Shown here: in pieces, positions 56,245-64,000 of the stretch
Layout: every line of letters begins with the position of its first letter
How positions within the stretch are numbered: the stretch's first letter is position 1
Origin: a virus
Lineage: Duplodnaviria > Caudoviricetes
Length of the DNA: 64,000 nt
IMG/VR virus record: IMGVR_UViG_2874444136_000005
Span: 1 to 64,000 of that record
Reading direction: 5' to 3' (one strand)
Notes under the pieces: generated by a model
What the model saw: only the letters and a program-made list of their open reading frames with translations
Databases searched by the model: none
What the model was told of the DNA's origin: nothing
Program-made: the position numbers and the translations under genes

Positions 56245-56675
56245 GACAGAAACAGCGAGCGTTCACGCTGCCTGCGCGGAAGGAGAATGTCCGGATCGTT
56301 GCCTGCTCGTTTCCATGCCAAGAACTGATCTGCAGCGCCAGCATAATCGCCAGCCTTAAGCTTGCGTAGCAGTGTCGAGCCGTTGAATGCTGCTGCGCCG
56401 ATGTTGAACACCAGACTGCAAAGAGCGTCGTATTGATTCTGGTTCAGCGTGACATTCGCCGAGTTGATAGTTCGCTCAGTCCACTGCAGGTCAAAGCGAA
56501 GCAGGTCGGATGATTTCTCTTTCGAGATGGTCATACCCATTGCAACAGGCTTGCCATCAACCAGACCAGTATGACCGACGCCGATCGTGGGGATCCCGCG
56601 CGTGTCTTTGTATGCGGAGAGCTTTTCACCCTCTTGGCGCTTCAGGAAGTCGATACCGTTATTGCTGATTTTCAT
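56241..56675 (-). CDS. Lysozyme (GH24, P22 gp19-like)
   Basis: EG...YKDTRGIPTIGVGHT; NQNQYDALCSLVFNIG. Confidence 0.92.
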   Translation of the reverse strand: MKISNNGIDFLKRQEGEKLSAYKDTRGIPTIGVGHTGLVDGKPVAMGMTISKEKSSDLLRFDLQWTERTINSANVTLNQNQYDALCSLVFNIGAAAFNGSTLLRKLKAGDYAGAADQFLAWKRAGNDPDILLPRRQRERSLFLS

Positions 56676-56991
56676 CACTAGCACCTACTCGCTTGCTGAT
56701 AGCGCTGATGGCGATATTGCGGAGCTTTTCGACACCGATGAATCCAACCATGCCGCCAATGAAAGGAGACATGCTTACCGGCAATCCGAATACGTCCAGA
56801 GCACTGGAGATGCAAAGAGAAAGGGCGCCACATAGGACGCCCTCAATCCAGCGATTCTTTCGCTCTACACCATCGTAAATTAATCGGCCATAGCAAATTA
56901 ACCCGGCCATCATTGAACCAAGAATTTGCGGCCATGCGTTTTTAAGGCCGTTCAGAACGTCGGCCCAGAATCCAGGGTCACGTTCATTCAT
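56659..56991 (-). CDS. Holin, lambda family
   Basis: Three hydrophobic segments; EGVLCG; IGGMVGFIGVEKLR. Confidence 0.85.
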   Translation of the reverse strand: MNERDPGFWADVLNGLKNAWPQILGSMMAGLICYGRLIYDGVERKNRWIEGVLCGALSLCISSALDVFGLPVSMSPFIGGMVGFIGVEKLRNIAISAISKRVGASDENQQ

Positions 56992-57314
56992 TTGACGATC
57001 CTGCATACTCTAGCCCCTACACTCTCCCCGCCGAGCGAGTCAACGAATGCACGGTCGTTATCACAGAGAACGCGGAGAGCGCCGATTTGAGCGCCCCATG
57101 CATCCTTCTTCCACAGTTCAACAGTGGAGATAACTTCATCATCGGTCTTTGCGCTTGCGAGGCCATATGAAACGACAGATCGCGGGTACGCGTAGGCCGC
57201 CGAGTTAATCCTCGAATTAACCTCTGCAGCGAGATAAGAAAGGAGAATTAAGCCCAGCAACCAAGGAGACGAACTCACGAAACCAGCCCGGACGAGCTCA
57301 GGTAATTTGAGCAT
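56988..57314 (-). CDS. Hypothetical TM protein coupled to holin
   Basis: AAGGA RBS; ATGA overlap with holin start. Confidence 0.55.
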   Translation of the reverse strand: MLKLPELVRAGFVSSSPWLLGLILLSYLAAEVNSRINSAAYAYPRSVVSYGLASAKTDDEVISTVELWKKDAWGAQIGALRVLCDNDRAFVDSLGGESVGARVCRIVK

Positions 57315-57424
57315 GGTGGGTTCCTTACATTGCTATGCTGTAGTCAAAGGTTCAGCCCGCAGCCGTAGACGATCAGCTACAAAGAGGATGCCATGGAGTG
57401 TGTCGCTGTTGGCTGGGGCTGAAA

Positions 57425-57453
57425 TGCAAAAAGCCCCGCACGATGGCGAGGCT
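57425..57453 (-). terminator. Terminator-like hairpin downstream of the tRNA
   Basis: AGCCTCGC...GCGGGGCT-TTTT. Confidence 0.55.
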
Positions 57454-57458
57454 AAAAT

Positions 57459-57536
57459 TGGTTCACCAAGGCGGATTTGAACCGCTCCTTCCTCCGGTTA
57501 TGAGCCGGGCGCATTTACCTATTATGCTATTGGTGA
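57459..57536 (-). tRNA. tRNA with CAU anticodon (Met or Ile2), imperfect stems
   Basis: TCACCAA/TTGGTGA acceptor plus ACCA; D arm GCAT/ATGC; CTCATAA loop; TTCAAAT T loop. Confidence 0.75.
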
Positions 57537-57550
57537 TTAGCAGGTTGTCA

Positions 57551-57631
57551 TGGTGGCCGGTGCTGGTCTCCGGCATAACTACCGTTTCAATGAGTAGCTG
57601 TTGCACGCGCATCAGCCTGCGCATTCACCAC
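57551..57631 (-). ncRNA. C4 antisense RNA-like cloverleaf
   Basis: TGGTG..GCGCAGGCTGATGCGC..GCCGGAGACCAGCACCGGC-CACCA; three stems closed by TGGTG/CACCA; family recalled from memory. Confidence 0.5.
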
Positions 57632-57714
57632 AACGGAAAGAGCACTCGGATGCGCTACCATCACTCCAAATATTCTGGGACTATTTGGCGCTGAATGCTC
57701 TTACCTGTTGCGAT

Positions 57715-57796
57715 CAAAAAAAGCCGCCGCAGCAACTTAAGAGTCACTAACGGCAGCTTATGCGTTTAATATTGCTCATTTGCTCAATTATGTCAA
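57715..57796 (-). promoter_or_regulatory. Late promoter pR' with Q21-type binding element and tR'
   Basis: TTGACA-taATTGAGCAAATGAGCAA-TATT; downstream hairpin ending GGCGGCTTTTTTT. Confidence 0.8.
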
Positions 57797-57802
57797 CACG
57801 TT

Positions 57803-58291
57803 TTAAGCAACTCTTTTGATTTTCTCCACACGTTTACGAATTTTAAAGGCACGTTCGAGTGGGGCATGTAATACAAACAGGGATGCATTTAATATTTCAT
57901 CCACTTCTCGCCTGCATGTAGCTAATGATGGCCTTGCTAGTCTTTCTCCACCACGCCGCATCATTTTGCGAGGGCTTGCGACTTTGTGATAGTAAGATGC
58001 GATTGAGTACTTCGATGAACCATGAGCGTAGTAGCTGAGCAGGATGCCAAAGGCCTTCTTGTCGATAAACATGACGGAATCTACGACCTGAGAAATCAAC
58101 ATTCCGTCATCGTCATTGCACATCGGCCTGCTTGGATTTTTGATTGGCTCTACGCTTTCCATGAACTTGGCGATCATGTTGCTCATGCGTCGCTCAAGTC
58201 GGCCGGAGTAAATCCATGCGCCCCACAGCTCAAGCCAGCCATTGACCCACTGGTGCTGCTCATCTGATAGCGATAGCTGCTTTACCGGCAT
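57803..58291 (-). CDS. Q: Late antiterminator Q (phage 21 family)
   Basis: WLELWGAW.YSGRLE; RPMCNDDDGMLISQVVDSV. Confidence 0.92.
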   Translation of the reverse strand: MPVKQLSLSDEQHQWVNGWLELWGAWIYSGRLERRMSNMIAKFMESVEPIKNPSRPMCNDDDGMLISQVVDSVMFIDKKAFGILLSYYAHGSSKYSIASYYHKVASPRKMMRRGGERLARPSLATCRREVDEILNASLFVLHAPLERAFKIRKRVEKIKRVA

Positions 58292-58446
58292 ATCTTCCCC
58301 CAGGTTTTTGCTGATTTGATGCTTTGGATATTTTGCTTTGAGGTGTGAAACTGCTCTGCGATTGTTTTGGTGCTGATGCCGATACCGATGAGCGTTCTTA
58401 TTGATATGACATCATCCAGACTCAGGGATGATCGTTGCCTTGCCAT
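58282..58446 (-). CDS. Small HTH-like protein (54 aa, not in ORF track)
   Basis: MARQRSSLSLDDVISIRTLIGIGISTKTIAEQFHTSKQNIQSIKSAKTW; GGAGG RBS. Confidence 0.55.
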   Translation of the reverse strand: MARQRSSLSLDDVISIRTLIGIGISTKTIAEQFHTSKQNIQSIKSAKTWGKICR

Positions 58447-59030
58447 CAGACTGCCTCCTGGAGTTTTTTCAGTTCCCGCAATTTCGCTCTGTAACGCGAT
58501 CTAATCGCCTCTAGCTCTTCGCGGGTGTATCGGTGTGGGTTGTTGTTGTTTTCAAGCGTCATGACTCGATCAGCGCCGATTTTTGTGATGAGACTGATTC
58601 GGTATTGAGTGATTGCGCCGGAGTGATGGACGTTGCAGGATGCGCACTGCAGATGGCAGTTATCTTCGTTAAACCGGAGCTGACCGGCCGCCGCTGTCGT
58701 TCTGAAGTGACCCGCGTGATATTCCGTTGCCGTTGTACTGCCGCAGCTAATGCAGCCACTCCCCTCATCCCTGGCTCGTATGTAGTCATTGAAGGCTCGT
58801 TGCGTCATGGCTATCCAATGACTCAACGGCTTCGCGTCAGCCTTGCGCTTGTTCCACTCACGGCGTGCAGATGCCTCAGATTGCTTTTGCTTGCGCTCTG
58901 ATTGCTGCTTTGCGTGTTGGATTGCACATGGAGTGCTACAGACGATTTGAAGGGAGTTTCGAGGAGTGAACTTTGTGGGGCATATTCTGCATTTCTTCGG
59001 CTTTGGCGGCTTGATGCCTTTAGCCATCAC
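58446..59030 (-). CDS. ninG: NinG/Rap endonuclease
   Basis: AFNDYIRARD..CISCG..HAGHFR..LRFNEDN.H.QC..CN. Confidence 0.92.
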   Translation of the reverse strand: MMAKGIKPPKPKKCRICPTKFTPRNSLQIVCSTPCAIQHAKQQSERKQKQSEASARREWNKRKADAKPLSHWIAMTQRAFNDYIRARDEGSGCISCGSTTATEYHAGHFRTTAAAGQLRFNEDNCHLQCASCNVHHSGAITQYRISLITKIGADRVMTLENNNNPHRYTREELEAIRSRYRAKLRELKKLQEAV

Positions 59031-59181
59031 CTTCCTCCGCGTTTCCGATTACCTCATCAGCCTGACGGTCTATCTCGTCGTTGCACTGCTGGCAGATGTA
59101 GATTTCCCCAGCCTCTAGTGTTCTCCCGCAGCCATTAACGCATGCGATGTAGAACTTGAGAATTGGCGTATCTATTGCCAT
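59020..59181 (-). CDS. NinF-like Cys-rich small protein (53 aa)
   Basis: CVNGCGRTLEAGEIYICQQC; GAGGTG RBS. Confidence 0.6.
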   Translation of the reverse strand: MAIDTPILKFYIACVNGCGRTLEAGEIYICQQCNDEIDRQADEVIGNAEEGDG

Positions 59182-59426
59182 GCTTCACCTCGTTTTTTAT
59201 CTTGAAATATGCACTTTCGAATCCTATCCATACGCACCAATACCTAAACCTTTCATGCATGAGCGGGTCACTCATCGCACGCACCTCATCAGCAGAAACA
59301 GAACAGCATTACCCGGCCATGCGAGGCTTAGTAGCAGCATCTTTGTGGTAGATAGGGTTGGCTCGTATTTACAGAAGAACTCGAAGCTACGGCCAGCGAT
59401 GAAGCAGTAAGCGCTGGCCAATATGG

Positions 59427-59765
59427 CTATGATAAGCATTTATCCGCCTCCTTTATCATTAGGAAAACAATCATTGCCAGCCTTAAAGGTTGATAAGGAT
59501 GCGTTTTCCAAGATTCGTAATTAACTTCAGATAGGGCTGAGTGCGCTTCCCATGAGATTCCGTCAAAGCAGATGCTGATGTAGTTAGCCTCGATTATTGG
59601 CCACGCATCTGATGGTCTGTTGCATGGGTCAAATGATGAAGATATTTTTTCTCCGTCGACCATAACCAGCTGCTGGCCGTTAACTGGGTCTCCTACTTTT
59701 TCTCCTAATGCTATCGCTACCAACTCGTTAATTTGCTGGTCACTCATTGCGCTATAATCGATCAT
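59427..59765 (-). CDS. NinX/DUF2591 family protein
   Basis: DYSAMSD..IN..VA; FDPCN.PSDAWPII; PLRLAMIVFL. Confidence 0.75.
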   Translation of the reverse strand: MIDYSAMSDQQINELVAIALGEKVGDPVNGQQLVMVDGEKISSSFDPCNRPSDAWPIIEANYISICFDGISWEAHSALSEVNYESWKTHPYQPLRLAMIVFLMIKEADKCLS

Positions 59766-59892
59766 GCCTATTACTCCTATAACTTGCTTAAGAATTTAAT
59801 CCATCCCCAGAAAGCAATCCCGCCACCTACGAATCCGAACCCGGCGACCGTGCTGCACATGAAAATTACCATTAGTGTCTCAATAAACTTCT

Positions 59893-60063
59893 TCATGGCT
59901 TTCTCCGGGCGCGGCGACGCAGCCACATGCTGTCGGCTAAGGTCGCGGTGTAATTGAAGGTTGTGGTTAACTCTGGATTGGTGCGGGGCTTTCTGGTCTT
60001 GCGGTGGTCAGTCTTGAATATCAGGTTATCCATTATGATTTGCGTTGGACTTCGCTGTGTCAT
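59893..60063 (-). CDS. NinE-like protein (56 aa)
   Basis: TFNYTATL...WLRRRARRK motif. Confidence 0.65.
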   Translation of the reverse strand: MTQRSPTQIIMDNLIFKTDHRKTRKPRTNPELTTTFNYTATLADSMWLRRRARRKP

Positions 60064-60497
60064 GCGGCTCTGTCTCCATATCGATTAGCCCACTCGATAG
60101 CGAGCCGGGATTCATCGCTGAACTTGACGCCATGCTCAGCACCAAACGCGTTTATCAGCTCGATTAGGTCGCGCATCTCGCCGACTGTCATCTTGCTTGT
60201 TGATTGCCCCAGAACGACAAAGCCGCCGTCTATGCCAGGAACCGTTTCTTGCTTCTTCAGTGCAGCGGTGAAAACACACTTCCAGCTCTCAGAGCCCATC
60301 TTTCGCCCATACCAAACGACCTGATCGCTGATGTCGCGCAGGGTTGCCCAGAGCTTGGCGTTCTGGTCTAGGCTTCTGGTTGGCTCTTGGATGGTTACTG
60401 CGAGGGGTTTGTCTGGATTTAGTGGTAGGCTGTCGATGAAGTTTTTCAGGTTCTGGCGTATCTGTTGGTTTCTTAGGTAGAAGGCCTGCTTAGCCAT
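60060..60497 (-). CDS. ninB: NinB/Orf recombination mediator
   Basis: RSLDQNAKLWATL.DIS.QV.WYG; GQSTSKM. Confidence 0.92.
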   Translation of the reverse strand: MAKQAFYLRNQQIRQNLKNFIDSLPLNPDKPLAVTIQEPTRSLDQNAKLWATLRDISDQVVWYGRKMGSESWKCVFTAALKKQETVPGIDGGFVVLGQSTSKMTVGEMRDLIELINAFGAEHGVKFSDESRLAIEWANRYGDRAA

Positions 60498-60679
60498 TTT
60501 TACCTCCTGTTCGGATCCTCAGCATCCTATCCTGCTCGATTAATTTTCCAATCATGGCTAAGACAAATGCTATTTTTTGATCGGCACCGGATGTTTCGTA
60601 CCGCTGCATGAGTGTAAACTCAGGCCTATCTGCTGACCGCAAGGTCTTTTGAATTTCATTGGATAAAAAGGATGTATTC

Positions 60680-61351
60680 ATGGGTGTGGTTACCTTGGAA
60701 TCTTCTTGCCCGCATTGCTTAAGAGAACGAGCTACGCTTGAAGCAGTTTCCGAACATAGACAGAGCACAGCATCAAGATGTGCCGTCGTATTTATGTGCA
60801 AGAGCTGCGAGGATTTTACTACTGTCATCTTGGAGGTCTATGGATCTCATAGCCCTATGGCTAGCGCTAAGTTTAATGGCAGAAATTTGACAATATATAC
60901 AGACCATATTCGCGCCATGCAGAATGGGTTTCCTTTTGTGAAAATGTATCCATCTGAGCTTTCGCATAACGCGCCAGATCACTCTCCAGATAGATGCGCC
61001 AAGTTTTTTATTGAAGCTAAAGAGAACTTGCAACGCGGGAATTACGAAACTTCCATAATGCTTTGTCGCAAGGTTATTGACATTGCCACTCGAGAGATAC
61101 TTGGCGAGGATTCGAAGAAAGAGCAGCTATCCCAACGAATATCTATGCTTCATGGCAAAGGTAAAATCACGGAGCAGATGAAAGACTGGGCTCACATCGT
61201 TCGTATTGACTCCAACGGTGCCGTCCACTCTGACGAGGAATTTACCCAAGAAGAAGCTGAAGAGATGATCGGCTTCACTGAAGTGTTCTTGATCTACTCA
61301 TTCACTCTTCCTGAGATGGTGAGGGCGAAGCAACACAAGCCTGAAGAGTGA
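60680..61351 (+). CDS. DUF4145 (HEPN-like) protein with N-terminal Zn ribbon; moron
   Basis: CPHC..CKSC; MLCRKVID; L..RI..L; RIDSNGAVH; antisense to the nin operon. Confidence 0.75.
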   Translation: MGVVTLESSCPHCLRERATLEAVSEHRQSTASRCAVVFMCKSCEDFTTVILEVYGSHSPMASAKFNGRNLTIYTDHIRAMQNGFPFVKMYPSELSHNAPDHSPDRCAKFFIEAKENLQRGNYETSIMLCRKVIDIATREILGEDSKKEQLSQRISMLHGKGKITEQMKDWAHIVRIDSNGAVHSDEEFTQEEAEEMIGFTEVFLIYSFTLPEMVRAKQHKPEE

Positions 61352-61390
61352 TTAATGGGCTGGCGTGAGCTGGCCTTTTCTTTGCGTGGC

Positions 61391-61723
61391 TTATCCATGG
61401 TTATCTCCTTTGCCATAACTGCCGTACCACCAACCGTCATCGCCCAGAGTGAGATAAATTCTTTCGTTTCCAACTTCATCGAAAACAAGTGATGAGCAAG
61501 AGAAAGTGCCAACTTTCTTGGCCACGCAATACCCTTCAGGATGCTCCGAGATTCTTAGTTTTTTACTCTCGTAATCGATTTCAATATCTACCGATTTTCC
61601 ATGCAGCTGCACCGATTTGTTAAAACAGCCTCCAGTAGAACCAGATGCGTTTTTCCTAAATTTCACAAACGGGGAATTCGTTTTTCGTGGCTTGTGTTTG
61701 TTAAGTAATGATACAAATGTCAT
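61391..61723 (-). CDS. Hypothetical protein
   Basis: AGGAG RBS; C-terminal DDGWWYG motif. Confidence 0.6.
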   Translation of the reverse strand: MTFVSLLNKHKPRKTNSPFVKFRKNASGSTGGCFNKSVQLHGKSVDIEIDYESKKLRISEHPEGYCVAKKVGTFSCSSLVFDEVGNERIYLTLGDDGWWYGSYGKGDNHG

Positions 61724-61747
61724 TAGTTATCTCCTTTGCTTGGCAGG

Positions 61748-63085
61748 TCAGCGCCAGCCAGATGCTTCTTTGGTTTGTTGTTCGTTCTGCGCATAGCGTA
61801 TCGCGGCTTCTTCCTGGTCGATGTTGACGAAGTGACCATTCTTCCAGCCCATATAAAACGTCTTTGGTTGGCCGGAGCGATATTTCCCGATGATGATTTC
61901 AGCAATGCCTTTCATGTTGCTGTGCTCATCGTAAACTTCGTCGCGGTACGGGAAGATAATCACGTCTGCATCCTGCTCAATTGAGCTTGAGTCCTTCAGG
62001 TCTGCCATGCTTGGTCGTTTGTCTGCCCGGTTTTCAGGGCCGCGGTTAAGCTGCGCCAGGAGAATTACAGGCACCTTGCTGCGTAGACAGAACTGCTTCA
62101 GCTTGCGCGTCATTTCCCCGATGGCAATGTCGTTACGCTCTGCTTTTGGTTTTGTGATAAGTCCGAGATAATCGATGGCGAGGAAGCTTAACCCGCCGTC
62201 CATGTTCATCCGCTCTGCATGGGCAATGGCCGCGTCAACGGTGAAAGCACCGTCGATGACATAGTTGTTTTCGTCCATTAGCGTGCCGGTAGCGCCGGTG
62301 AGCTTCGTGTATTGCTCTTGAATCATGTTCAGCGGATTGCGTAGCGTGCTGATAGATAATCCTGCGCGATCCGCGACATGACGCTCTACCACCTGCATGT
62401 CAGACATCTCCATCGACACCAGCAAGCCCTTACCCTTCTGCCGACCAATCGAGTTAGCAATGTTGATTGCCAGCTCCGTCTTGCCCATGCCAGGGCGGCC
62501 TGCGATGATGATTAAGTCTGTGCGGTCGAATCCGCCATACTCATCATCCAGCGGGTCGATTCCCGTTTTCAGGTACATCCCGGAATCAGCGCCCTGCATT
62601 CGCTTTTCTAGCACGTCCATGTAGTCAGGCAGCAAATCACCGATGCGGCGAGGAAGCTTGTCATTGGTCTCGAATTGCACCTTTGACAGAACGCTAGCCA
62701 CTTCTGCAGTTCGCTCGTTGATATCATGAGCGCCGACGCTTTGCAGGATTGAGATTGCTTGCTGCAGGTCGCTAATGCCTTTGCGGATCATCCAGCATTG
62801 ACGGACACGTTTTGCCCAGGCCCTGATGTTAGCTGCAGACTTGCATCGCGCAGCCACGCTCAACACTAAGTCCTTGCTTGAATCGGAAAGGCTATCTTGA
62901 ACGGTGAACTGGTCGATTGGTTCGGCCTGATTCAGGAGGGTGACGATTACTTGATACATCTGGCGTAGGTGGAAATTTTCAAAGGCTTCTGCAGGTAACT
63001 TCCCGGCGACTTCCCGGCAGTCGATATGGTCGCCCTTGATCATCATCGAGCCGACCAACTGCTCTTCAAACTCGTAGCTTTCCAT
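61748..63085 (-). CDS. DnaB-like replicative helicase (P22 gp12-like)
   Basis: GRPGMGKT; IDYLGL; AQLNR; SIEQDAD. Confidence 0.95.
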   Translation of the reverse strand: MESYEFEEQLVGSMMIKGDHIDCREVAGKLPAEAFENFHLRQMYQVIVTLLNQAEPIDQFTVQDSLSDSSKDLVLSVAARCKSAANIRAWAKRVRQCWMIRKGISDLQQAISILQSVGAHDINERTAEVASVLSKVQFETNDKLPRRIGDLLPDYMDVLEKRMQGADSGMYLKTGIDPLDDEYGGFDRTDLIIIAGRPGMGKTELAINIANSIGRQKGKGLLVSMEMSDMQVVERHVADRAGLSISTLRNPLNMIQEQYTKLTGATGTLMDENNYVIDGAFTVDAAIAHAERMNMDGGLSFLAIDYLGLITKPKAERNDIAIGEMTRKLKQFCLRSKVPVILLAQLNRGPENRADKRPSMADLKDSSSIEQDADVIIFPYRDEVYDEHSNMKGIAEIIIGKYRSGQPKTFYMGWKNGHFVNIDQEEAAIRYAQNEQQTKEASGWR

Positions 63086-63975
63086 CAGTCCTCCCGGGAA
63101 AGAATTTCGTCAATCTTCTCTTGGCGAAGTGCGGTCTCAATGCCGTATCGCTTGCCTTCAGGATTATCGCCGCAAGCCCATTTCGTTGGCGTGTAGCCAT
63201 GAGCTAGATAGCCATTCAGGAACGTGTTGATCTCTGTTGGCTGGCTGCCAATCTCCTTGCACTGCTTCAGGTAGGACTGCCAGAGGCGCTTCAATCCGCT
63301 CTCGACTGTGGTCGATATATTGCGAATTTTGGGGAGCCCATGTTTATCGGCTTTGCAGTTCCAGGTGTCGCGCAGTCTTTCACGATCGAAAGCTGGCATA
63401 GCAGAGCGAGGATTTGTTCCCTTGGCTCGCGGATTGGTTCCCTTCTGTCGTGGGGTTAATTTCTCTTCCGACGACAATCCCACTGCGTGGGTTTGGGTAA
63501 TGTTTCTTTCTTTCTTTTGAATAGTTTCTTTTGTGTTTAGCTGAGTTGGCGAATGCTCGTTAGCTGACTTGGCTAAACTTTTATTAGCCGTTTTAGCTAA
63601 TGTTTCGCTGACTTGGCTAATGTCGCAATTCCAGTCAGAAACTACCTTGTTTATCCCGATTTGCGTTCCGCTGGTTACGATGATGTTCATCATGATCATC
63701 TCGTTTTTTGCGGTGCAAACATGGGTGTGATGGATGCCTGTCAAGCTGGCAATTTGTGTGTTTGTGATCCGGTCTGTTTTCTTTCCGAATCCATAGGTCT
63801 TGCGGATAATCGCAAACGCAATCTTGAGCTGGCGAGCGGTTAAATTCGCTCTCAGGATGGCCTCTAGCAGCTCGTTAGCTATGCGGGTATACCCATCATC
63901 GGTATCGGCCACGCGTTGCTCCATGACCTCTTGATGAGGTTTACGGTAGTCGGATAATTTTCTAACGACGCCCAT
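63085..63975 (-). CDS. Replication initiator (lambda O / P22 gp18-like)
   Basis: VADTDDGYTRIANELLEA; RKTYGF.K..D.I. Confidence 0.92.
   Translation of the reverse strand: MGVVRKLSDYRKPHQEVMEQRVADTDDGYTRIANELLEAILRANLTARQLKIAFAIIRKTYGFGKKTDRITNTQIASLTGIHHTHVCTAKNEMIMMNIIVTSGTQIGINKVVSDWNCDISQVSETLAKTANKSLAKSANEHSPTQLNTKETIQKKERNITQTHAVGLSSEEKLTPRQKGTNPRAKGTNPRSAMPAFDRERLRDTWNCKADKHGLPKIRNISTTVESGLKRLWQSYLKQCKEIGSQPTEINTFLNGYLAHGYTPTKWACGDNPEGKRYGIETALRQEKIDEILSRED
63495..63621. repeat. Replication origin: four iterons plus AT-rich tract
   Basis: GCTGAGTTGGCGAAT (63540), GCTGACTTGGCTAAA (63563), GCCGTTTTAGCTAAT (63587), GCTGACTTGGCTAAT (63607); T-rich 63495-63539. Confidence 0.75.
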
Positions 63976-64000
63976 TCTTCTTCACCCCTGCCAATGCAAT

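Larger units (their letters stand above)
481..64000 (-). mobile_element. P22/Sf6-like prophage, continuing beyond the right edge and interrupted by a Mu-like prophage
   Basis: Gene order O-helicase-nin-Q-lysis-terS-terL-portal-scaffold-coat-gp4-gp10-gp26-gp14-gp7-gp20-gp16-tailspike-att. Confidence 0.95.

Overview
The window holds two nested prophages in an enterobacterial host; only one host gene is visible, a gamma-glutamylcyclotransferase-like gene at 1-348. (1) A P22/Sf6/CUS-3-like lambdoid podophage on the - strand is bounded on the left by a duplicated 3' half of tRNA-Arg(UCU) (481-525) and runs past the right edge. It carries O/helicase replication with ori iterons, nin genes, a phage-21-type Q with pR', a tRNA(CAU), lysis, terminase, portal, scaffold, coat, tail and ejection genes, an Arc/Mnt-like repressor and an endosialidase-like tailspike. 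(2) An apparently complete 36,091-bp Mu-like transposable prophage (TGT...ACA, 14500-50590) is inserted in the podophage portal gene after codon 595, flanked by a GCTT duplication. It has Mu-type c/ner/A/B, Mor, lysis and head genes but a non-contractile siphovirus-type tail. Best leads: a second tail-tube paralogue heading a low-GC fibre module with an SGNH-esterase spike; a minimal GH58-like tailspike; the portal cut near the core/barrel boundary with the Mu-like genome inside the first pac headful; an orphan three-GATC Dam/OxyR-like site where mom would be; a two-copy late-promoter motif; and several antisense morons. All family assignments come from recalled motifs, not database searches.
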